Under the pieces are notes generated by a model, which searched no databases, was not told where the DNA came from, and saw nothing but the letters and a program-made list of their open reading frames with translations. The translations under genes and the position numbers were made by a program. From Haliotis rubra (lineage: Eukaryota): a stretch of 64,000 bases of DNA. This document shows positions 1 to 13,289 of the stretch, piece after piece (positions within the stretch are counted from its first letter, which is position 1; each line of letters starts with the position of its first letter). The stretch is taken from the NCBI RefSeq assembly GCF_003918875.1, contig NW_025767246.1, positions 434,001-498,000 on the forward strand, read 5' to 3'.

Positions 1-359
1 CCAAACTTATAAAAAACCTGCAAATGACAACCGTATGTATGTATGTATATCTAATAGTGATAGTTAATGAAGAAATTTGCCGGGACCAAAGAAAAGTGTT
101 TACTTATCAGGTCTGTTTGGTTAAGTGGTCTTTACTTAGGCGGTTTCCACTGTATTATGTTTTGTGGCAGTTTGGTGTTTCTGTGGCGATGTCACAGACA
201 GATTAATGGGGTGGGGTGAGTGTTTTGGGGTTGATGGGTACGCACTGCGCACCTTTTCTGAGACACCTTTGTCAACATAAAGTGTCAATGTAATATGTGT
301 CATGTTTTCGTTCCCATCAAGGACTGTATGTACTGCATTTAAATACGGAGATGGTCAGA

Positions 360-760
360 CCACACATACATTGCACTCACACAGAGTTGCACACACACTA
401 CATACATCCACACAAACAGTCAAACCTACATACATACACACAGAGAGAAAGAGAGAGGGAGAGAGAAAGAGACGGTGGGGGGAGTGAGACATAGGAGAGA
501 GAAAGAGGGGTGAGAGAAAGGTTAGGAGAGAAAGAGAGAGAAAGAGAATGGAGAGAAAGAAAACCAGGGAGAGAGAGGAAGAGCAAGACAGACAGGGAGG
601 GAGAAAGAGAAAGACAGATTTGGACGGGAAAGAAAGGGCAGGGGGAAAAGAAAGCCGACACACTCTACTGTTGGTTGAGGCAAACATCAGATGTAGTTTA
701 ATCACTGCCTATGATTACATATACTCAATCAATCAATCAATCAATCAATCTTAATCAATA
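360..760. repeat. CA-rich, GA-rich and (TCAA)n simple repeats
   Basis: Low complexity; others at 12020-12120 (CAT)n, 25215-25335, 38766-38930 (AGT)n, 44560-44750, 45798-45932 (GAT)n. Confidence 0.9.
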
Positions 761-2338
761 GTTCCAAGTTCCTCACAATTCTCACATCCTGCCCTGATAT
801 TCTGTATAAATCCATGTCTTCATCTTCACGCCGGTACTGATCCCAACACGCTTCTCTCATTAACACATAAACTCCAGCTGTAAATTACAGCTGCATTTAC
901 ATGCCGCGGTTATCACTAAGTCATAATTCCCCAAAGTGCTAATTCTGACAAATTCATCTATATACTTATATCTCTCCACCACACACGCCCGTGGCGACTG
1001 ATAACGCCATCAGCTGTGGCAAGCTCAGTTATTGCCGTAATAATTTCGCTTCAACAGGTTTTATCATCGGCTGTGAACTTAGCGCGTTGATTGTGTTGGC
1101 GAGGGAGGGGGATACCCTCACGGTGGACGCTAACGCCGGTAATATCATCATCATCCCAGCCACAGTCTAAACATAATTCACGTATAAACTTGATTAATGT
1201 GTTATGAGAGAAAATATCTTTCTGTATATTGTCATCGATTTCTGTCGACAGTTACTGAGGCTTGGTTACCAATCAGCGCTCAACGCCATCATTGTCAAAA
1301 TCGTTAGTATACACAATGATGGAACAACCTCTGTGAGATGTGACTGCAGATGATGAATAGCGTAGCGTGAAAAAGCTTGCCTAATGCGTATTGCGTTAGC
1401 CGTACTAATGTGCAAGGCGTTAGCTGACTCGACAGTCGGCACCTTCCTAATCACCTATCTGTGTCTCTGAAAGCCGAATGCTTTTAACGTAACGGAGGAT
1501 TGCAGCCCTATGCTCCCGGCATCCGTGTTAAGGGGGATTGAGCAATGTCCAAAGATGCTTTTGATGTGAAACCATAGCGACAGCTGTTGTTCACGATATC
1601 GAACGCAGGCACTCTTTGCACAGTTCATTTGACACATATCCTTACTATAGATACTTACGACTGTGTCTTGTGAAGAATCACTGTTGTTACAGACAGATGT
1701 ATGGGGTGCTTAAATATGTTGTTACAGGCAGCTTTACGGGATGCAGAATATGTTGTTACAGACAGCAGTACAGATTGCAGATTCACTGTTGTTACAGTTA
1801 AGCGGGTACAGATTTTCTGTGCTTCGATACATGTGTAACGGGTTACAGAATCTGCTACAGACATCTATGCAACTATATACTCACCGACCCCAGCTGTAGG
1901 AGGCCTCGCTTGGCACCCATAGTCACTGATTCCAGCCAGTGGTTTTAATCTTCCAGTAAAGTAGATTGCCCCTTTGATCACGGGAATGGTAAACTACCGT
2001 CTTACGGACCCAAGGGATATTTCAGCCACAGATCTCTCTACTGGGGCGGATATTAATATATCTAAAATGTACCCAGATACCACTGCATATATCTACTTTA
2101 TATACATCCGAAAGTTCATGAAACATAATAACGTATGGGCGGTTTGCTGTAAGGAGGACACGGACAGTCCGGATATCCAAGACTCTCATTTTCGCTGTGA
2201 AGAGTTGCGTCCCTTGGCTCTTTGGTTCGAATCCCGTTCGCCTCGAACATCCATCTTGGTTTATCAGCGCCACGGGGTCGTGTGTTTCACCAACGTGGTA
2301 AATACCTACATCACCCCGGGCTTCCTCTCATTATACTG

Positions 2339-2504
2339 GGGGCGGTGGGGTGGCCTAGTGGTTAAAGCGTTGGCTCGTCACGCCGAAGACCCGGGTTCGA
2401 ATCCCCACATGGGTACAATGTGTGAAGTCCATTTCTGGTGTCCCCCGCCGTGATGTTGCTGGAATATTGCTAAAAGCGGCGTAAAACCAAACTCAGTCAG
2501 TCAG
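2339..2504 (+). mobile_element. tRNA-derived SINE family A
   Basis: A box TGGCCTAGTGG, B box GGTTCGAATCC, tail GCTGGAATATTGCTAAAAGCGGCGTAAAAC(CAGT)n; 11-bp TSD TCATTATACTG; inserted in an older SINE. Confidence 0.92.
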
Positions 2505-2590
2505 TCATTATACTGACACGCCGTGATCCAGTCGGAGCACTGTTCAAACTGGCGTTAAACCCAACCCACTCACTCACTTTATCCACTAAC

Positions 2591-2754
2591 GGGGCGGAGG
2601 GGTAGCCTAATGGTTTAAGTGTTCGTTCGTCACGACGAAGATCCGGGTTCGATTCCCAACACGGGTACAAGGTGTGAAGCCCATTTCTGATGATCCCCGC
2701 TGATATTGCTGGAATATTGCTAAAAGCGGCGTGAAACTAAACTCACTCACTCAC
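2591..2754 (+). mobile_element. SINE family A
   Basis: Same consensus; TSD TTATCCAC(T/A)AAC. Confidence 0.9.
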
Positions 2755-2789
2755 TTATCCACAAACTCTGACATATACCCAACGACCTA

Positions 2790-3690
2790 TTCAGATCTAA
2801 ATCACCAGCGGGATGACAGACATTGTACGTGTTCCTAGAGCTCTTCGGATTCTGCCCACCATGTAGATGCATCTTTATCAACATCAGTTATGAAACCTAT
2901 TCGGATCCGAATCACCACGTGGTTGCACCATGGCGCCTCCTCAAGTTCTTTCAGTCTGTTCATTTTCCATTTACTAAATGGATGTATTTGTTCGAAAGCA
3001 TTTTGATCCCCATCCTTGAATATTGACACTGATGGTTAGAAAGTATTTTTAAACCCCTTCCCGAAATATGAAATGGTTGTACACCAAGCGCCATCTGTAG
3101 GTGAATTACAGTATGGTTGAATAATAAATGGCTTTATGCTGCATGAGATGTATCTGACCCGTATCACCAAGTGGCCATTTCTGTAAGGATCATATTTATC
3201 GTAATTGCCTTGAAATACGAACGACGTTCGTTTCAAGTTAATATCTCAATTATAGCCAGCATTGCACACAAAAGCTGTAGAAGGCACCACAAGACGAGTA
3301 AGGGATTCCGAACGATAGAAATGGTTATTATTCAAAATCCCCCTGAGTGGTTTAATGTCAGTTTGACCAGTATTCCAGATACATCACGACCTGTCAGCTG
3401 ACGGGCGCGGAAAGGGTGATGCATTGTTAGAAGTGATGCATTGTTAGCCATTTACCGTTGTGGTGGCACCCAGATGCCTAGCTGAGACATCTAGGGATTC
3501 AAAACCACTATCATAGGTTCCAGGTGTGCCAAAGGACATAATTCTACACAGTGAATTGCGGCCCCATAGACAATTGTTTCACGAACTTGTCTTTCACGAT
3601 ACATTTTGTGTAGAAGTATGGGGTGTGCAAAAATATTGATTCTTTTATATGGAGACTCTAGATTATTTACTACATATAACACGTATGTGT
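2790..3690 (-). pseudogene. Decayed member of the same ORF family
   Basis: GAAIHCV..; ~180 codons with only 2 internal stops, including VRYISCSIKPFII..DGDQNAF..EEAPWCNHVVIRIR..TWWAE. Confidence 0.55.
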
Positions 3691-3800
3691 GTATACAACG
3701 CCTCCTGGCAGATAACGGAGCAGAGGCTGTATCTGCTCAACTCCAGAATCAGGTCGCCGTCGGGGTCAGCTGTTCAGTTTTGTTTCTTATGATCTAAGTA

Positions 3801-3972
3801 GGGGCGGTGGGGTAGCCTAGTGGTTAAAGCGTTGGCTCGTCACGCCGAAGACCCGGGTTCGATTCCCCACATGGGCACAATGTGTGAAGCTCATTTCTGG
3901 TGTCCACCGCCGTGATATTGCTTGAATATTGCTAAAAGCGGCGTAAAACTAAACTCAGTCAGTCAGTCAGTC
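3801..3972 (+). mobile_element. SINE family A
   Basis: Same consensus; TSD ATCTAAGTA. Confidence 0.92.
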
Positions 3973-4177
3973 TTATCTAAGTACACCAAAATACACTTCT
4001 TCTATTGCGTTGCCATTTTCCCGCGTATTTTAAATGTCCAGGAACCCTTGTACTAGAAACAGTTCTCCTAAAGCAAACTGGCTGTCACACCAGTCCATGT
4101 CAGGCCACTGACCTGTATCTGAAGTTGTTCTGTGACTACGTTTGAGGAAATTCATTAGTGTCATATCTTATGTAGGA

Positions 4178-4354
4178 GGGGCAGTGGGGTAGCCTAGTGG
4201 TTAAAGCGTTCGCTCGTTACGCCAAAGAGCCGGGTTCGATTCCCCACATGGGTACAGTGTGTCAAGCCCATTTCTGGTGTCCCCCGCCGTGATATTGCTG
4301 GAATATTGCTAAAAGCGGCGTAAAACTATGCTCACTCACTCACTCACTTACTCA
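4178..4354 (+). mobile_element. SINE family A
   Basis: Same consensus; TSD TATGTAGG. Confidence 0.92.
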
Positions 4355-4796
4355 TATGTAGGTTCTTCTTGCTACTTCAAACAGTTTGAAAGCTACCATC
4401 TTGAAATTTCAAGATACTTTGTGGAAAATCTACGAAAGTATAAACTGATTATTAACTCAATACTGAAATGTTAAATTCTTAAAAAGTAACATTTAAGTTG
4501 AAATTAGATATTTATATCTTCGAACCCTGAAGATCAGGCAATCCATGCTTGTCTAAGAGGTGACTACCGGGATCGGGATTTGGTTGATGTATGTCATCGA
4601 TGCTTGTGATGTCAGTCACTGGATTGTCTGGCCCAGACTCGATTATTTACAGACCGCCGTCATATAGCTGGAATTTATAGTGTAAGGTGCATCTTTAAAC
4701 AAATAAGCAAAACATTAATACCATGAATTTTCCACATGGTATCTTCATTTTGTTACAGAAGTTCTTCCAAGTAACATGTTGAATTTTAACTTAATA

Positions 4797-6314
4797 TACT
4801 CTCCCAAAAAAGAAACGCATATAGGAATTTCAACTGTATTTTTATGTTTATTTTGAAACATCTTGTAGGCTTTATGAGTCAATGAAATATAGCGAAATTG
4901 CACACTGGGAATGCAGACTTATCCGTCTTTGGCACCAACTCGAGGAAAGTCAGTTTGAGTGTCACATAGAGACGTGTGGTGGCGCTGAAGTCAATACCTC
5001 GTGTGACAATCGTGGGCATCCAGAACTGCACGGCGTCGCCTCGGCATCGAACGAATAAGTCTCAGAATCTCGTGTTGCCCAATTGCAGCCAACTCGGCCT
5101 GTAGTGCCTGTGCGAGTTGCTGAAGTGACTGGGGCTGAGGGTTACGGCGTCGCATCCGTCTGTCCAGGGCATTCCACAGATGTTCGATCGGGTTTAAGTC
5201 CGGTGATCTTGAGGGCCAGGGGAGCACATTGATGTTGTGGTTCTGGAGGAAGTCTCTATTGTGACGTGCTGTGTGGGGCCTGGCATTGTCCTGTTGAAAC
5301 AACTCCCTCTGGCGATCAATGATTGGAAGGAGGTGTGGGCGTAGGATTTCGTCACAGTACCGTTGAGCTGTCAGATTGCCCTGGATCATCACCAAATCAC
5401 TTCTCCTACGGCAGGTGATCGCTTCCAACATCATAACACTGTCCCGGACGAATCTGTCCACCTGGGGAACGCAAGCGTCGGCGAAACATTCACGTCGACG
5501 TCTGTACACCCGCATTCTTCCATCGCGTCGTTCCAATAGAAATCGTGATTCATCACTGAACCAGATTCTACGCCAATTCGGTAGGTTCCAGGCCTGAACG
5601 TTGGTGCACCATTGAACTCGATGTCGACGATGTTGTTGTCGAAGCACAGGGCCAAAATAAGGTCTTCTGGCACGTAAACCAGCCTCTCTCAATCTGTTCC
5701 TGACGGTTCCTGTTCAATCCGGGTATTTGTCGAGCGGTACTGGTCGCCGTAGCTGTTCGATGACGCAGGTGATGTACCCGGATGTAGCGATCCTGTGTCG
5801 CAGTGGTCGCTCGAGGTCGCCCACTACGAGGGGCATCTGCTACCGCATTCTGCCGGCGATATCTCTCCCAGAGCCGTGAAATAGTGCTTTGGTGAACATT
5901 CATGCGTCGGGCAACTGCACGTTGAGACTGGCCAGCTTCAAGCAAACCAATGGCGATATGACGATTGGCTTCACTTAAACGTGGCATTTTGCGTTCGTCA
6001 ACAACATTCCAAATACAGTGAATAATCGACAGACAGCGATCAACCTTTTATATCCATCATTGAGACTATCTGATCCCCAACTTTCACGTGCATTGCATGT
6101 GAATTGTGTATTCTGTGACACTACACGCCGAAATTGAAAATCATGCTGTTAAATACGGGTATTTTACGGATGGTGCGTTTTGTTGTGATGTTTCAAAACA
6201 TAAACACCATAGGACTCATAAACAGAGCAAAACCTTTTGTAAAATGAATCACGTTTTAATTCATTGCTACATGAAATTGCTATTTTCATGATGCGGTTCA
6301 TTTTGGGGAGAGTA
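4797..6314 (-). mobile_element. Tc1/mariner DNA transposon (DD34E), frameshifted
   Basis: Imperfect ~24-bp TIRs TACTCTCCCAAAAAAGAAACGCAT / ATGCGGTTCATTTTGGGGAGAGTA with TA target duplications. Confidence 0.95.
4991..5987 (-). pseudogene. Tc1 transposase pseudogene
   Basis: MPRLS..HTH..RSGRPR N-terminus (frame 5568-5987) joins the FSDES/QQDNARPH/SPDLNPIE catalytic part (frame 4991-5692) via a small deletion/frameshift near 5700-5715; D-34-E spacing. Confidence 0.93.
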
Positions 6315-7599
6315 TATCTTGGAATTTCAAAGTGTTAGCGTGAATTTTGCTAATAGGCTTCTGTGCAGTAAAATATAATACTATTTCGTCTAACATTGTG
6401 GGCACAGAGTGTGGTAGAGTCAGGTTATATGAATATGTATGTAAACACACTACAGCGTTATGGTCCCACTAAATTATGTCTTTTTACAGAAATTTCCTGA
6501 TATATCATTTTTTGTTAACATGTTTGAAGTATCAAGATTTTCCTCGTTACTTCGATTACATATTCGTTATTTCAAAAACTCAAACAATAAATTAAATCTC
6601 GTCGTTTCGAATTATTATTCGTTATTTAAATTATTTACTCGAAGTTTTGACTTTTTGAAAGAAGTAAAAATATCGATTCAACAAGAAAATACTTGACATT
6701 TCAAGAAAATAATTGAACTAACGATAAAATACTCAAAGCAACGAGAAAATATTCGAAATTTCGAACAATTAAGAAATAATTGAAATAACTAGAAATTTCG
6801 CTGAAAAATAATGTGTGCAGCAAAAGCGGCAACATTAGACTTTCGTACAAACAGACTAGCGATCTCTGGCTGATACGTTCGTGTTCTTTACTGCGCTTCC
6901 ACACATAAAAGCATGTATATTTTTAGGCTACTTCGTCTTAACAAACAACTCAACGCGGCGCTTGAACGAAAATGCGTGGAGCATGAACTCCGCTTGTACT
7001 TAGTCACACTTCTGTTCGATGTCAATGGATTCTTCCGCCGCAAGCGGAACGCCTATTGACGCAAAACGTATGTTCACCTTCTATTTCTTTAGTTTGGTTT
7101 CAACAAGACAATACATTGCTCAAAGTGTGTCATGTTTGCATTGCAGTTTATTTACATAAAGGTCTACAGGCTTAAGGGACCGTAAACGTCCGTCGATTAT
7201 GCTGTTAGAGTCACGAATGTATAGTGGGGAATCTACCATGTAAGTTATTCAGGTTTAATGCTTTAAGGTGCCGTTTTCTCTGGCTTGGGGAGCACCCTTC
7301 TGATTTTCAGGAGTGGTGGGAAATGTGTTTTGCCGTTTTCTGCAGACATGTATCCTAAGAATACAATTTGTATTTCATCTCTAGTTTAAAAAAAATAATT
7401 GGACATCTATTAATGTTGAAAACAGGTCTGTATAAACAAAATGCTGTTTCTCATAATATTGAGAAAGAGAGTTACAAATCGAGAGTAGACCGAAGATTAA
7501 AATTAAGACTCATCATGGATTCGAACCCACCGTCATTTGATCCTGGCATACTCAAGGGGCGTAACTCTGCTATGTGAGTAATGCCCCCAAAGTGTTCAG

Positions 7600-8232
7600 G
7601 TCCAAAGTCTCCCTAAGAACCCCACCTACCAACCTGAAATCCATCCGTACATATACTCAGTGTGATTATTGAGGGGTTTACGCAGATGATAAAAGAAACT
7701 CCCGGAATGCTGTTCTGTTGCTTCTTGAAATACCATTTTACAGACATTGACTGTTGCCTGTCATGTTTTGCACGTGCATGAGCTGAACACAGGTTGCGTT
7801 CAGGCGTGTGTTTTGAGTAGCCCTTTTCCATCACCTTTAATCTTGTACTTTTCACTTTTTTCAACTGGTCGTTGTCCATTTTTCAATTTCATAAAAAGCT
7901 TCAAGTCAGTATGACATGGGCATTAAGAACATGTTCTTCAAATATGGGCATACTGTAACCTGTTGACGCTTGCTGGTGTATGTTCATGTTTGACGCCCTA
8001 CATACCAAGCAGTGAATGGGTACCCGGTGGGATCAAAGTCATATTTACTATTAGCGACACACAGGCAGCTTGGGTTAACCGGGGTAATAATGTCCACCAT
8101 GGTGTATGCGCTGAGAGCATTCTCGTGCGACGCGGACATCACCGCCATACAAGTGGCTTCATTATACCTAGCTGAGCCCAGTAATGACCCAAGGACGTAT
8201 ACAAATAGTAAATACCCGGGGTATTGTAACAT
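7600..8232 (-). pseudogene. Decayed member of the same ORF family
   Basis: ENALSAYTMVDIITP; ATVNVCKMVFQ. Confidence 0.4.
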
Positions 8233-8866
8233 GATAACCTCGCAATAGTGATGAAGACGTCATTTGTTTCACATGGAAGCTGTCATGATAACCCGCTTCA
8301 CATGTCAACATTGCGTATTATCTCAAACAATTTGTTTTTCATCTCGTCACCTTTCAACATTGCTTTTGAGAACAGTTTTTATCGAACTTTCTTTCTCAAG
8401 GGACAACCTATAACTACAGTAGGAGCATTAATTCAATGCGAATGGGTAATCCCCAATATAACAAGTTACACTTGACCACTTCTACATGCACTAAATTCTC
8501 CCCTAAACGAAGCGGGGGTGGTTATATGGGTTAAATCGACTGGCGTTTGTGCCTGAAAGTATGGCTTCGAATCCCGCATGAGGCTCAACTTAGAAGAATT
8601 CTAGAATTAATGAAAAAGTGTAATGGAAAATATGACGTTTGTTTCGCGTAGATGACATATTTTTAGAATTTGGCACTTACACGTTTCCATAACGTTGTTT
8701 TTGTTCATATTTCCAGTTTATTTTTTTAATGAGTTAGATAAATGAAGAGGCCACTGTAACTCTGTGGGGATGCTTTCACCAAGCATAGGGGTCATCTGTC
8801 TGTACCCAAAGGCTTTATAACAGTTATCGTGGAAACGTCACAAGGGAAATCCCTTTTGCACGGAAT

Positions 8867-9117
8867 GTGAAGATCCGGGTTAGAATTGGTCTTCAACAAC
8901 CCATGCTTGTCGTAAGAGGCGACTAACGGGATCGGGTGGCCAGGCTCGCTGACTTGGTTGACACATGTCATCGTATCCCAATTGCGTAGATCGATGCTCA
9001 TGCTGTTGATCACTGGATTGTCTGGTCCAGACTCGATTATTTACAGACCGCCGCCACATAGTAGGACTATTGCTGAGTGCGTCGTTAAACAACCAACCAA
9101 CCAACCAACCAACCAAC
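8867..9117 (+). mobile_element. SINE family B (structured non-tRNA head); two degenerate copies follow at 9128-9500
   Basis: GTGAAGATCCGGGTTAGAATTGGTCTTCA..AACCCATGCTTGTCGTAAGAGGCGACTAACGGG...CTGGATTGTCTGGTCCAGACTCG...TATTGCTGAGTGCG.CGTTAAAC(AACC)n; same family at 4525-4710, 16288-16485(-), 52505-52620(-), 57359-57575. Confidence 0.9.
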
Positions 9118-10816
9118 TAATCAGCATGTGAAGACCCGGGTTGAAAGTTTACCCATGCTTGTCCTCATAGGCGACCTAGGGGATCGGATGGTCAGGCACG
9201 CCGACTTGGTTGATGCGTGTCAACGTATCTCAGTTGGGTAGCTTGATACTCATGCTCGGTTTATTATTAGTTCAGACCGCCGCCATGTTGCTGGAATATT
9301 GCTGAGAGTGGCGTCAAACAACAAGAAACTGGTTGAAGCTGGTCTCCAGCAGCCCATCCTTGCCCGGGTTTCAGGCTCGCAGACTTGGTCTGTGCATGCC
9401 ATCGTATAACAGCTGTCTAGACACTGGATTGTCTGGTCCAGACTCGATTATTCACAGACCGTCGTCATATAGCCGCAAAACTGCTGAGTAAGCAAACAAA
9501 ATTTAGACCTTTCACGAAACCAATGCAATAACCGTTAAGTCAAAAGGATATACGACGGCATAAATCTAAATCTAAAAACAGCGTTTGAAAGAACGTTTTG
9601 ATGACTACCTTTAAACGTTTCACCTGCATGGATTCTCAAAGGATGACACACATAATAACAGTAAACTGGATACACCCTTGTCACAATGATCAATACCCTC
9701 TGAATACACAATACAGTTAAAGTAATGATTTATACGCATGCCCTATTCCTTCATCCCCCCTCTGTGAGCGGTTCCTTGTTTATGAGCTTGTTAACGGTTC
9801 TATATGTCATGTTCCCTATGTTCTGTCTGACAGATGAAATATATTGCTGTGATAATTCTATAGTGATCTGTTTTTATTGGAATATCTGGATTTGCCTTGC
9901 ACGTTATGTTTTGAATAATGTAGTTTGATCCGTGTGTTATGGTGATAATGTGTTGGATGTCATGTTTTTGTGGAAAAATGTTTGAATCTTGTTTTTCACT
10001 GACAATAGACTTGTTGGGACTTGTTTTCCCGCGGTGTACTCTATTAAGGTGTTGCAAGAGAGATGACACCTTAAATATTCATATCTCTTGCAAAGTGTTT
10101 CGTTACTGGCAGTTCCCCATTTCACAATACAGTGTTACGACCCTTGGGCTAGCCAAAGTGATTGGTTCGAATCCCAAATCCTCCCTGTTCCTTGGTTTGT
10201 TCCACCCTAACCGATTTTACCACAGGGGTTAAAGCCTGCATCATAATCAATTGGGGCTTAGTTTAATCATATCCTATCCACAAAATATACAACTTATAAA
10301 ACCCCTCTCCAAGAATTATTACAATAACAAATTTCATCGCAAACAAGCATTAGAAACAGACACAGAGTAAGATGGACAGGTAATGGGAAATATCATATTG
10401 TACTAAAGGTACAGAGAAAGAAAAGTATTGGAATCCTTTGATCTGATTATATTAGGTGTCTGACTCTGAGGGTGTGGGTTCGAATCCCGGATGGGACTCA
10501 ACCCAACGGAAATACTAGAATCTCCACTTTCTAAATGGCATTGTGTAATCATGCTTATATACAGATGTACATTTTTTAAATATAATTTCATTTTTATGAT
10601 AAGTCAGATCTGCAACACCGTGTAAACGAACAGATAATGTAAACTGGGGCTTGTCTACGTTCATTATTAAGGATCAAGTGGATTAAGAGAACGGGCAGGG
10701 TTGAGTGTGCGTGTGGAGAAGGGAGGGGGCAGGAGGGTGGGTGTGCTGGTCCTGCCCCATCTCCCCCTGACACCTAACCTGTCACATTAATTTATTCACT
10801 AAGTGATCACTTCGCA

Positions 10817-11226
10817 CAGTGTGCGTAATAGCCACTGGCCCGCTAGCCCGTGGCTAGTAAAAATCCAGTAGGGCCAGTAAATCGCCACATTTAATGGCCC
10901 GACTGGCTAGTGAATTTGCATGGGGTCATTTTGTAAATATATCACGGTTTCCGACAGGTTAAGTTATAATACCTCGTGATGTCAGAATCTCTTATGTAGC
11001 GCTATGAGCATACACTTTGCGTCTGGATTTGGCGCATCATAAATGTACTTATTATTATTATTATAATACACCTTTAAATCGTTCAAGATGATGCTATTTT
11101 ACTTTTTGTAATCTTTTGCTTTCTACGTTCAAATTTTGGGCTAGTGAATTTATTTGTGGGCTTGTAACTTTCAGGTAAAGGTAGCCCGACTGGCTAGCAA
11201 AATTTGGAAACTATTTCTCACCACCA
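10817..11226. mobile_element. Non-autonomous hAT-like element containing a short LINE-like 3' tail fragment (~10990-11065)
   Basis: CAGTGTGCGTAATAG / CTATTTCTCAC ends; repeated subterminal GCTAG motifs; internal GCGCTATGAG..AAAT..(TAT)n tail. Confidence 0.55.
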
Positions 11227-12040
11227 CTCTCATTGTTGTTGTTTTTTTAAATCTCTGATCCTCTTCCATATGTCCGTTTTTTAAAAGTCATTTCTTCATT
11301 TATGTGACAAACTAAGTTTTCACGAAATCAAAGTTACCACTATTTGTAGTTCGTTTTAACCGTAGTTCGAAACCATTTTCGATTAAAATAGAGTAAGTGG
11401 CCAGAGCAAAAACTCTTGTTCGTTATATCCGTAAGTTCGTTGTAAGTGTGTTCGGTATAAACGTACTTTATCGTATTTATGCTAAGTTTCACAAAGCAGT
11501 CATTACACATTCCCGATGTTGCATTATTGGAAACGTAATGTTCTTACTCAGCGGATCTGAAGACACGGCGGTCACCTCTGTACAGTATGGAGCAAAGATG
11601 GTCAGCTTGATCCGAGCTGAGTCTAGACAATAGCAACACAGATATAATTATAGATCATACATATTCATAAACTTCGATCGTCGGTGTGTACCACACACCA
11701 ACAAAAACATTTCTGTACACGGCTCCGCTTTTACGAATCGACCTCCATTGTTTGTAGCACTGTATCATTGTCAGCGATATTTCAGCACGTTCTGGGAATC
11801 ACCAAGATGTATTAACTACATTGTATCGTATCTGCGGCTATTGATTATCATCGTTTTGGAAAATCCAATTAACTGGGGTTTTTTGTTGTATATTTCTGAT
11901 GTATTGGAATGGTGATGTGTTTTTGTGTTTTACAAAAAACGTATTAATTTTATCCCTTGAATGAGATTGATCTCGCTTTGTACTGGAGAACCAGAAAATA
12001 TCAAACAGTGGAAATGTATTATCATCATCATCATCATTTT

Positions 12041-12078
<38 letters not shown>

Positions 12079-12794
12079 TATCATCATCATCATTATCATC
12101 ATCAACCTCAACCTCACCCTCACCTGTGCTATTCTTACATGGCGACGAAATAGGTCAAGTTACATACATGACTGCGTGTCATCGTAACACCACTGCATGA
12201 ACCTTTAATTTGTAATTTGTACTGTAATTTGTTCGTTGATGCATATTTTCTGGAAGTATGTGTAATGAGGCATACTTGTGTCTGCTCTGAAATACAGCTT
12301 AATTTATTACCGCAGTAAAACCTGCCTAAAGCATGTTTGAAATTGCACTCAACGTAAAGCCCCAAAGAAAGCATATGCTTGAAAATTGGATTTGACCAAC
12401 CAACTCTTTATGTTACTGACCGTTACTAGGCAACAGTCGTCGAAACACTTAAAACCTACAGCCCGTTTGATTTCATTTGAGACCGATGAATTTGTCACTA
12501 ACACAAAATTGAAATTAAACGGACTATAAGGTCAAAACCACAATGATTCTCGAATCAAACATGTCACCTTCGAAGAGTCAAGTTTTATTTCATTTATTAG
12601 CAACCATCTACCATGGGTGTATACTTTTATTTTTACGGCAATCTTTTTATTTTCGATAATAAAAGAAAATGTTATTTTCGCCGTCATATTTCATAAGCGT
12701 TGCTTAGAAACGTGCCCTTTGGTGTATCAAAGGTCTGTCTGGATTTGTTTTAGGAACAGTAGCAGTGATCATATAAATCATGTCTGTCAAACTG

Positions 12795-13144
12795 GGACCG
12801 CCTCCGTGGTGTAGTGGTTAGAGCGTCCGCCCGGAGAGCGGAAGGTCGCGGGTTCGATCCCCGACCGCGTCATACCAAAAGACGTTAAAATATGGTACTT
12901 GTTGGTCCCTGCCTGGCGCTCGGCATTAATGGGTACAACAAGGACTGGTCGGCTTGGAGTCAGTATAATGTGTCTGAGTGGGGTATTCATGCTTCACTGC
13001 AGCATGGTATCTCAGTGGGCTAGCACTATAAAACCAGCTTAAGTCTGGGCTAGTACAAGCAACCGCACACACATACACACACATGCACGTCGTCATATGA
13101 GCGAAATATTCTCAAGTACGACGTTAAACCCAATTTCACCTCAC
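12795..13144 (+). mobile_element. tRNA-derived SINE family C (~350 bp; central region resembles Meta/Deu-domain SINEs)
   Basis: A/B boxes; CATACCAAAAGACGTTAAAATATGGTAC..CTGCCTGGCGCTCGGCATT core; (TCACC)n tail; TSD CTGT(C/A)AAACTGGG. Domain naming is from memory. Confidence 0.9.
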
Positions 13145-13289
13145 CTGTAAAACTGGGCATCTTAACATGTCGATCAAGCCTATGGTTTTTTCATGCTCAT
13201 TTCTGTTTGAGCATGGATCAACCACCGCCTACGTCTGCAGATGGTTGATCTAAACATAGATACACGTACACGGGAGTTTTGAGAGATTT

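Noticed and set aside
1875-1990. Possible minus-strand exon ending in a GTGAGT donor
   Set aside because: No good acceptor or partner exons; better explained as a decayed ORF-family fragment.
2339-2410. tRNA genes at SINE heads
   Set aside because: A/B boxes continue into SINE bodies with tails and TSDs; no proper acceptor stem or terminator.
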